DNA from: Chitinophaga pinensis
Lineage (GTDB): Bacteria; Bacteroidota; Bacteroidia; NS11-12g; UBA955
Direction: 5' to 3'
Assembly (NCBI GenBank): GCA_945860565.1
Contig: CAMAQS010000002.1
Span: forward strand, 1,951 to 65,950
Length of the DNA: 64,000 bases
How positions within the stretch are numbered: position 1 is the first letter of the stretch; every line of letters starts with the position of its first letter. Of this stretch, positions 53,620 through 61,587 are shown piece after piece. Under the pieces are notes generated by a model. The model was not told the origin of the DNA. It did no database searches and saw only the letters and a program-made list of their open reading frames with translations. The translations under genes were made by a program, and so were the position numbers.

Positions 53620-54564
53620 GTGAAAAATACAAAAATCAAAGTCGCCATAATTGGTTCAGGAAACATAGGAACCGATTTGATGATAAAAATTATGCGCAAG
53701 TCTGAATTGTTGGAAGTTGCTGCATTTGTTGGTATTGATCCGAATTCAGATGGTTTATTGAGGGCAGCAAGATTGGGTGTGCCAATTACGCATGAAGGAA
53801 TTGACGGACTAATGGCAATGGAAAATTGGAATGAAATTTACTATATTTTTGATGCTACTTCTGCCAAAGCACACATAATAAACAATGAAAAAATTCAAAA
53901 ATATCCCAACAAAAGAGTTATCGATTTAACACCTGCAGCAATTGGTCCTTTTCTTGTGCCACCTGTGAATTTTTCTTCACTTCAAAATGAAAATAATGTG
54001 AATATGGTTACCTGTGGCGGACAAGCAACAATACCGATTGTGGCAGCAGTATCGCGTGTTGCGAAAGTCCATTATGGAGAAATTGTAGCATCTATTGCTT
54101 CAAAATCAGCCGGACCAGGTACTCGAGCCAACATTGATGAATTTACTGAAACCACTTCAAAAGCCATTGAAGTAGTTGGTGGGGCGGCAAAAGGTAAAGC
54201 CATAATTGTTTTAAATCCTGCTGAACCTCCAATGGTAATGCGTGATACCGTTTTTACTCTTAGCGAACAAGCCAATAAACAAGAAATAGTGAATAGCATA
54301 CACGCTATGGTGCAGGAAGTTCAAAAGTATGTTCCAGGTTATCAATTGCATCAAGAGGTTCAATTTGAAGACATAAATACTCCGGTGTTTATTGAAGGTG
54401 TTGGTTTAATATCTGGTTTAAAAACAACGGTTTTGCTTAAAGTAGTTGGAGCAGGACATTATTTACCCGAGTATGCTGGAAATTTAGATATTATGACTAG
54501 TGCCGCTTTGGCCACTGCCGAAAGAATGGCGTTAAAACAAATGGAAGGAATTAGCAATGCATAA
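53620..54564 (+). CDS. Acetaldehyde dehydrogenase (acetylating), MhpF/DmpF family
   Basis: [22 protein letters not shown], the catalytic region TCGGQATIP, about 314 aa; overlaps the aldolase gene by 8 nt. Confidence 0.85.
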   Translation: MKNTKIKVAIIGSGNIGTDLMIKIMRKSELLEVAAFVGIDPNSDGLLRAARLGVPITHEGIDGLMAMENWNEIYYIFDATSAKAHIINNEKIQKYPNKRVIDLTPAAIGPFLVPPVNFSSLQNENNVNMVTCGGQATIPIVAAVSRVAKVHYGEIVASIASKSAGPGTRANIDEFTETTSKAIEVVGGAAKGKAIIVLNPAEPPMVMRDTVFTLSEQANKQEIVNSIHAMVQEVQKYVPGYQLHQEVQFEDINTPVFIEGVGLISGLKTTVLLKVVGAGHYLPEYAGNLDIMTSAALATAERMALKQMEGISNA

Positions 54565-55567
54565 TATTTATATTCAAGATGTTACACTTAGAGATGGTCA
54601 ACATGCCATAAAACATCAATATACCAAAGATCAAATGTTGCAAATTGCCAAATCTTTGGATGATGCAAAAGTAGATGCAATTGAAGTGGCCCATGGTGAT
54701 GGTTTATCTGGGGGAAGTTTTAATTATGGTTTTGGTGCCCATACCGATTGGGAATGGCTAGAATCAGTGGCTTCTGGGTTAAAACATGCAAAATTGACAA
54801 CCCTATTGTTACCCGGAATTGGTACCATTCATGATTTGAAAAAAGCAAGTGAAATAGGAGTAAAATCTGTACGAATTGCAACCCATTGCACGGAAGCAGA
54901 TATTGCAGCTCAACACATTGCCGCGGCAAGAGATTTAGGAATGGATGTGGCTGGCTTTTTAATGATGGCCCACATGAATGATCCCATTTCTTTGGCCAAA
55001 CAAGCTAAATTGATGGAGAGCTATGGTGCACATTGTGTTTATGTAACCGATTCTGCTGGTGCATTATTAATGGATGGCGTGAGAGATCGTGTCAAAGCAT
55101 TTAGAGATGAGCTTTTGCCAGAAACGGAAGTTGGAATTCATTGCCACCATAATTTATCCTTGGGTGTAGCCAATACCATTGTTGCATTACAAAATGGGGC
55201 AAATAGACTTGATGCGTCATTGGCAGGAATGGGTGCTGGTGCTGGGAACGCACCTTTGGAGGTGTTAATAGCTGTCTTAAATAGAATGGATATCCACAAT
55301 CCCTGTGATTTATTTGCTCTGATGGATGCCGCCGATGATTTAATTCGTCCACTACAGAATAGACCAGTAAGAGTGGATAGAGAAACACTTTCGCTTGGAT
55401 ATGCGGGGGTGTATTCTAGTTTTTTACTGCACAGTGAAAAAGCAGGACAACAATATGGACTAGATACTAGAGAGATTTTGGTGGAATTGGGCAAGCGCGG
55501 CATGGTTGGAGGACAAGAAGATATGATTATTGATGTTGCTTTAGATCTTAAAAAGTCTAAAAATTAA
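54557..55567 (+). CDS. 4-hydroxy-2-oxovalerate aldolase, MhpE/DmpG family
   Basis: [18 protein letters not shown] (DRE-TIM fold), about 336 aa. Confidence 0.88.
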   Translation: MHNIYIQDVTLRDGQHAIKHQYTKDQMLQIAKSLDDAKVDAIEVAHGDGLSGGSFNYGFGAHTDWEWLESVASGLKHAKLTTLLLPGIGTIHDLKKASEIGVKSVRIATHCTEADIAAQHIAAARDLGMDVAGFLMMAHMNDPISLAKQAKLMESYGAHCVYVTDSAGALLMDGVRDRVKAFRDELLPETEVGIHCHHNLSLGVANTIVALQNGANRLDASLAGMGAGAGNAPLEVLIAVLNRMDIHNPCDLFALMDAADDLIRPLQNRPVRVDRETLSLGYAGVYSSFLLHSEKAGQQYGLDTREILVELGKRGMVGGQEDMIIDVALDLKKSKN

Positions 55568-55648
55568 GTCTTCTTCTGTTATTGTGGACTTTTCTTCGAT
55601 GAATCATTTTTGATTCTATATTAAACAATTTAACTTTGCCTAAAATAT

Positions 55649-56293
55649 ATGAAAATTATTTCTGTTAAAAACGTAGCTTATTTAATGTTAGGTTCTTACC
55701 TAATGACTAGTTGTATTAGCTCTCAAGAAGCTTATGACAAATCGAAATTATCAGGATATGTAGGAACCCAAACCAAAGATATCCTTGCTAAAAACCCACC
55801 TGTTGCCAATACAAGTGCTGTTGAAAAACGCATTGATGAAGTTGAAGTGAAAGTGAACACTGTGGATGCCAACAATAAAAAAGCAGCTGAAATAGTGGCA
55901 AACTTAGAAAAAAAATTGTCTGAAATTGAAATGATTGAAAAAGAACAAATTGCTGAATTTGAAAGATCAAACAATGCAGTGGTGTTTTTTGAAGTAAATT
56001 CAGCCAAATTATCTACCAGTGCCATGCAAGAATTATATCGCTGGAAATCTAGCATAGACAAGAGTAAAACATCACAGAAATATGCTGTTTCAGTGTTTGC
56101 GTCTGCAGATAAAACGGGTTCGGCTAAAACAAACGATAAACTGCGTCAGAAAAGAGCAGAGTCTGTGCGTGATTTTTTGGTAAATGTGTTAGGTGTTAAA
56201 GAATCGGTTTCAGTTACGACCAATCAACCTGCATTTTCTAAAGAAAACGATGTGGATAGAAGAGCTGTAATATCTGTTACCGTAAAAGATTAA
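55649..56293 (+). CDS. OmpA-family lipoprotein (coiled coil + OmpA-like C-terminal domain)
   Basis: A lipobox-like ...LMTSC, a coiled-coil segment, and a C-terminal VVFFEVNSAKL...ADKTGSAKTNDKLRQKRAESVRDFL resembling OmpA_C. Confidence 0.5.
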   Translation: MKIISVKNVAYLMLGSYLMTSCISSQEAYDKSKLSGYVGTQTKDILAKNPPVANTSAVEKRIDEVEVKVNTVDANNKKAAEIVANLEKKLSEIEMIEKEQIAEFERSNNAVVFFEVNSAKLSTSAMQELYRWKSSIDKSKTSQKYAVSVFASADKTGSAKTNDKLRQKRAESVRDFLVNVLGVKESVSVTTNQPAFSKENDVDRRAVISVTVKD

Positions 56294-56398
56294 AATATTT
56301 TATTTCAAATTTATAAATTGGCCACCTTTTGGTGGCCTTTTTTGTTTCTTTTGGGGGATATTTTTCGAAGATTAAATTTTGTTTTGTACCTTTTCAAA

Positions 56399-59300
56399 AT
56401 GATTTTAAAAGAGAAAATTCTCTCAATTGCCCTTTTAGGTTGTGTTTGTTGTACGACGCTTTCTGCCCAAGGAATAAAGAATATAGTTCCTTTGCAAGGT
56501 CAGAATCCCCCAAAATCAGAAAAGGTCAATCCTGTTAAACTTAGCAGTTACGTAAATCCGTTTATTGGAACCGGAGGACACGGACACACTTTTCCAGGAG
56601 CGGTGGCTCCATTTGGAATGGTTCAGTTGAGCCCAGATACACGAAATGACGCTTCTTGGGATGGGTGTGGGGGGTATTACCGCAATGATTCTTTCATTTT
56701 GGGTTTTTCTCATACCCATCTTTCAGGTACAGGTGTTTCTGACTTTGGTGACATATTAATGCAACCTGCTATAGCCCCACTTTTTGAACCAAATGAGTAT
56801 AAACAACGATTTGTTCATGAAACAGAAACGGCAACAGCGGGGTATTACCGCGTTTTTTTTGAAGAACCCAAAATTAGAATTGAATTGACCGCGACTGAAC
56901 GTACAGGTTTTCAAAAAATTACTTATGCCTCAAATACGGAACAATGGCTAATTATAGACTTGAAACATAGAGATAAGTTGATTTCTCACAGTTTGAAATT
57001 TGACGAATTTAACAACCAAATATCAGGACATCGACAAAGTAAAGGTTGGGCAGATAATCAATGGGTGTATTTTGTAAGTTCGTTTTCAAAACAGATCATT
57101 AAACACAAATACAATCGAGATAGTAGTGCAGTAGCCCTCTATTTTGGGAAAATGAATGATCCAGAAGAACTAGATAAAAACTTGAGTCTTGTGGTAAGTA
57201 CCACTTTGTCTTTTACTTCTTTAGAAGGGGCAATGGCTAATAATGCATTTGAATTTAATCGATTAAGATATAAAGATTTCGATGAGCAGTTTATGACTAA
57301 TTCTCCAAATTTTGTTGCTTTTGAACGGGCAAAAAGTTATGTGAGCAATTTATGGGATTCTGAACTTGGCAGAATTGTAATTAGTGATGAGGCCATTCAA
57401 TACAATGCACCAAATCAACATGGATTACAATTGAAATCTCGAGACGAAAAAATGAAAAATAGGAGGAAGTTTTATACGGCCTTGTATCATTGTTTTATTC
57501 ATCCATCTTTGGCTTCAGATGCCGATGGGAAATATAGAGGGAGAGATATGAAAATCCACACGGCCGACCACCCATATTATCACGTTTTTTCGCTGTGGGA
57601 TACTTATCGAACTTTACATCCACTGTTGAATATAATTCAAAAAAGTAGAAGTGCCGATTTTTTAAAGACCATGTTGTTGCAATACCGTGATGGCGGAAAA
57701 TTGCCCGTTTGGGAACTTGCTTCTTGTGAAACAAATTGTATGATTGGTTTTCATAGCGTTGCTGTATTTGCTGACGCTATAAACAAAGGAGTTCCTTTGG
57801 ATTTAGACACCGTGATGCTTATTAAGGCATTGAAAGCAAGTTCGGATGCAAAAGAAATAGATTATACATACCAAATACCGATTACGAGAGAATTGTTGAC
57901 TTTGTATAATCTTCATTTGGGATATATTGATGTATTAAAAACTGCTGAATCTGTTTCAAAAACATTGGAATATGCTTATGATGATTGGTGTAATAGTGAA
58001 ATATGCAGGCTTTTAAGCTATGATTCATTATCTAAAGTTTTTTTATTAAGAAGTGAAAGATGGAAGAATCTTTTTGATTTACAAACCCTAAGTATGAGAC
58101 CCAAACAGAATGGAAAATGGTTAGAGCCCTTTGTTAAATCAGAAGTAAATAATTATTATACGGAGGCCAACGCTTGGCAATACAATTTTGCAGTTCCTCA
58201 GAATTTACCTGATTTAATTACTGCAATGGGCGGTGAAGAATCGTTTCAGAATCAGTTGGATTCATTGTTCTATGGATCTGATAAGCTTTCAGGAAGGGAA
58301 CAAGCAGATATTTCCGGTTTGATTGGACAGTATGCCCATGGAAATGAACCAAGTCATCATTTAGTGTATTTGTATAATTACGTGCAAAAACCGCAAAAGA
58401 GTCAACAGTTAATTTCGAAAATCATAAATGAGTTTTATGAAAATTCACCAGAGGGACTTATTGGAAATGAGGATTGTGGTCAAATGAGCGCTTGGTATGT
58501 AATGAGTGCTTTGGGATTTTACCCTGTTTGTCCAGGGTCAACGGAATATTCATTGGGTTATCCGCTCTTTCCAAATATCACCATTAAAATGGAAGATGCA
58601 GATGACATACAGATTAATAGGGATTTAATGCCCAACGAGTTGTTATGGACCAATGCATTTAAAGAGGGTTATTTCGAGTTAAGTGAAGATTCTGTCCGAA
58701 AAAATTACAAGGTAAATTTTGGCTCAGAATTTCCAGAGAATTTAAAAACGCTTCGACCATCAGCACACTTTATCAATGAATCTTATTTGATGATTCACAG
58801 ACGATTGGATTTTAAATGGAAAAATGCAGTTACTGATTTACCAACCAATTATGGTAAAGTATATCAAACCGTTGGAAGTTTCGAGCCCCAAGTCCCTGAA
58901 ATTACTGCACCCAAATTAACAAATAATGGAGAAATTTACAGGATTATTATCAGGGTTTCAAAAAAGACAAAAGGATATGTTCATTTTTTTCTAAGGAACA
59001 TGGATTCGCCCGTGAATACTGATTCTTTGGGCCTAAATCAGTTTTTCACTTCAAGAGGTATCTACAATTTGAATGAAGGTAAATCAGATTCTTCAGATGA
59101 AAATTCCAATTTTTATTTTATTAAATCTACGGGATCAAACTTGTTCTGGACCTGTTTTGCGCAAACCTCAGACAAAACCAAACTAAGAGAAGTTCCATTT
59201 ACTGCAACTTATATTCAAGAAAGACCAAATAATTATAAAGTAATTGATTTAAAGGGTCAGTATAACGTACAATACCACGGTGGCGGAAAAGAAGGTTTGG

Positions 59301-59737
59301 TTGATGGAATTATAGGCTCCGATAATTGGCGTGCGGGAAACTGGCAAGGTTATCAGAATCAAGATTTTGAAGCAATCGTGGACTTAGGAGCCATGACAGA
59401 AATAAATTATTTAGGCATGCGCTTTTTGACCGATGTCGGTGCTTGGATATATTTACCTAAATCAATGGAGATTGAATATTCTACCGATGGCGTTGAATAT
59501 AAAAAATTTAATGGTTTTACATTTACCAATTTCGGGTATGAAGGCTCTCAAGTTGTACCAATTATAGTGGGGTCAAAAAAGCGAAGCCTTAAAGCCCGTT
59601 ACATTCGATTTAAGGCAGTAAAATACGGAAAATTGCCCAATGGGCATCCTGGGTTTGAATCAAATGGAGATGCTTATATTTTTATAGATGAATTAATTAT
59701 AAATCCAGAAGTAATGGAGCAGCTTTTGCACCGTTAA
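56399..59737 (+). CDS. Glycoside hydrolase family 92 alpha-mannosidase with C-terminal F5/8-type-C (discoidin)-like extension
   Basis: Signal peptide and the GH92 N-terminal signature NPFIGTGGHGHTFPGAVAPFGMVQLSPDT. An extra C-terminal region of about 350 aa carries RAGNWQGYQNQDFEAIVDLG. The ORF track start at 56318 is trimmed to the signal-peptide ATG. Confidence 0.85.
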   Translation: MILKEKILSIALLGCVCCTTLSAQGIKNIVPLQGQNPPKSEKVNPVKLSSYVNPFIGTGGHGHTFPGAVAPFGMVQLSPDTRNDASWDGCGGYYRNDSFILGFSHTHLSGTGVSDFGDILMQPAIAPLFEPNEYKQRFVHETETATAGYYRVFFEEPKIRIELTATERTGFQKITYASNTEQWLIIDLKHRDKLISHSLKFDEFNNQISGHRQSKGWADNQWVYFVSSFSKQIIKHKYNRDSSAVALYFGKMNDPEELDKNLSLVVSTTLSFTSLEGAMANNAFEFNRLRYKDFDEQFMTNSPNFVAFERAKSYVSNLWDSELGRIVISDEAIQYNAPNQHGLQLKSRDEKMKNRRKFYTALYHCFIHPSLASDADGKYRGRDMKIHTADHPYYHVFSLWDTYRTLHPLLNIIQKSRSADFLKTMLLQYRDGGKLPVWELASCETNCMIGFHSVAVFADAINKGVPLDLDTVMLIKALKASSDAKEIDYTYQIPITRELLTLYNLHLGYIDVLKTAESVSKTLEYAYDDWCNSEICRLLSYDSLSKVFLLRSERWKNLFDLQTLSMRPKQNGKWLEPFVKSEVNNYYTEANAWQYNFAVPQNLPDLITAMGGEESFQNQLDSLFYGSDKLSGREQADISGLIGQYAHGNEPSHHLVYLYNYVQKPQKSQQLISKIINEFYENSPEGLIGNEDCGQMSAWYVMSALGFYPVCPGSTEYSLGYPLFPNITIKMEDADDIQINRDLMPNELLWTNAFKEGYFELSEDSVRKNYKVNFGSEFPENLKTLRPSAHFINESYLMIHRRLDFKWKNAVTDLPTNYGKVYQTVGSFEPQVPEITAPKLTNNGEIYRIIIRVSKKTKGYVHFFLRNMDSPVNTDSLGLNQFFTSRGIYNLNEGKSDSSDENSNFYFIKSTGSNLFWTCFAQTSDKTKLREVPFTATYIQERPNNYKVIDLKGQYNVQYHGGGKEGLVDGIIGSDNWRAGNWQGYQNQDFEAIVDLGAMTEINYLGMRFLTDVGAWIYLPKSMEIEYSTDGVEYKKFNGFTFTNFGYEGSQVVPIIVGSKKRSLKARYIRFKAVKYGKLPNGHPGFESNGDAYIFIDELIINPEVMEQLLHR

Positions 59738-59756
59738 TTATATTAATATTGCACCC

Positions 59757-60458
59757 ATGGATCGCAACGCTTTACATCATACCATTCCTATTGGTAGTTA
59801 TGATTGGATTTTTATAAACGGGATGTTTGTTTTAGGGTGCTTGATTGTTTTTTTGTTGTCGTATAAGGCATCAGCAAAGAGATTAACTTGGGTGAGGTAT
59901 GGATTGGTAGGTTTGTTAAGTGGGAATTTTGTTGTGAACCAAGTATTTGCCCTTGTCACTAATACTTGGCAGAAGGAGGTTCACTTGCCCTTTCATTTGT
60001 GTTCATTTTCAGTTTTTTTAGCAATTTATACATTGTTAAAAAAATCACAATGGTCGTATGAATTTTTGATTTTTTGGAGTTCTGGGGCCATACAGGCATT
60101 CATTACACCAGAAATTCCAGGAGGCTATTCTTTGTATAACTTATGGGAATATCTAATAGGCCATGGTGGTGTGATTATTGCGGCATTTTTCAGTACAATT
60201 TTCCTGAAGTATGAAGCAAGACCCCGTTCTTGGTTTAAGGTGTTTTTACTAACACAGTTTGCATTGCCCTTTGTCGGATTCTTTAATTGGTGGTTGGATG
60301 CCAATTATATGTTTATTTCACAGAAACCCAATGCGAACAATCCATTTATAATTGGTGAATGGCCTTATTATATTATTGGTTTAGAATTTGCCGTTTTATT
60401 GCATTTTTATGCATTTGATTGGATTCATAAGAGGGTTGGTAGTGTAAAGTGGATTTAG
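59757..60458 (+). CDS. Polytopic integral membrane protein (TIGR02206/YwaF-like)
   Basis: Six or seven hydrophobic helices; no catalytic motif. Confidence 0.45.
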   Translation: MDRNALHHTIPIGSYDWIFINGMFVLGCLIVFLLSYKASAKRLTWVRYGLVGLLSGNFVVNQVFALVTNTWQKEVHLPFHLCSFSVFLAIYTLLKKSQWSYEFLIFWSSGAIQAFITPEIPGGYSLYNLWEYLIGHGGVIIAAFFSTIFLKYEARPRSWFKVFLLTQFALPFVGFFNWWLDANYMFISQKPNANNPFIIGEWPYYIIGLEFAVLLHFYAFDWIHKRVGSVKWI

Positions 60459-61307
60459 TCTGTAATTGAGTAAGGTATTCATATCGAACAAGCTCTTTTA
60501 AGCTACGCTATTTGTGTTGTTTTCTCTTAATCGTTTAATATACATTGGCCTGACTCGTTCTTTAATAGGTCGGTCTAAATCAAGAATAATGTGGAGTAAT
60601 AAGCAAAAATTAGGCTATTTTAGAGATGTTGTTCTCTAATGGACAAAGATTAGGCTGTTTATTTTTTTAGAATATTGAATATCTAGTCAGATTTTTACAA
60701 GTTGGATTAAACGGAAACAAGCAATGCTGTGTGTCAACTTGTCGAGGATATTCCCAATGACCAATAAAAATATCATCGAAGGGGCCATAATTGGTCCTTT
60801 TGATATTTTTTGAGGTCTTTGAACCTTTAAAACTCCGCATTGTACTTGTGTTTGCGCCTCCCTAAAATTCCGTATCGAGCGGCCTTGTTTGGCTGCCAAT
60901 TGGGCATGCGTTTGCTTGCCGTTTGCAAATTGATCCATAAAACAGAAGGACTGTGCCTTTTGCCCACCAAGAAATACTTATCGCAATCATGACATTTTAT
61001 AGTTGCTTGCCATTTTTAAATCCATTTCTCTTTAAAATTTGGCTATTGCATTGAAAACATTTTTCCAATCATAATCTTTGAACCAGTTCAAAGCTATAAC
61101 CAATAAGTCATGCAGCTATTTTCAGCCTGAAATTTGTCTATTAATCCCTTTTTATTTTTGAATCGTATTGCCTTTGTCTATTAGAGCTCGCTAAAGAACT
61201 AGAGTGTTTTTGCTTTTCAAATTTTAAACATATAATCTGACATATACATCAGGGATAAGGTGCACTATATATTTGATGTATTGAGGTTTAATTTGAATGT
61301 TTTATGC

Positions 61308-61345
61308 AAAAAAAAAGGCTGTCTTTCTAAGACAGCCTTTACTTT
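61308..61345 (-). terminator. Rho-independent terminator for the minus-strand cargo/small-ORF transcript
   Basis: aaggctgtctt/agacagcctt stem preceded by an A9 run (T9 on the minus strand). Confidence 0.5.
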
Positions 61346-61361
61346 TTATAATTTTTAAAAA

Positions 61362-61547
61362 TTACTTGTTGTTTTTATTACGAAGACGATAAACGCCATA
61401 GGTAATTGCAGAACCAACAACAGTGAAGATTCCACCGTCTACAGGTACTTGTTGAATGTCTGGATCGTCAGGAATACCTTGAGCGAAGATGAAATTAGTT
61501 GCTAAGAATGCAAGGAGCGTAACTAAGAATTTAACATTTGATTTCAT
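61362..61547 (-). CDS. 61-aa small protein: signal peptide + acidic linker + Gly-Gly/hydrophobic/basic C-terminal tail
   Basis: MKSNVKFLVTLLAFLATNFIFAQ (signal peptide), GIPDDPDIQQVPVDGG, a hydrophobic IFTVVGSAITYGVY, and a basic RLRNKNNK tail. Lies 40 nt downstream of the T9SS cargo gene. Confidence 0.35.
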   Translation of the reverse strand: MKSNVKFLVTLLAFLATNFIFAQGIPDDPDIQQVPVDGGIFTVVGSAITYGVYRLRNKNNK

Positions 61548-61587
61548 GGTGCAAATATACTATTATTTTTTTATTTTTTAAAATTGA

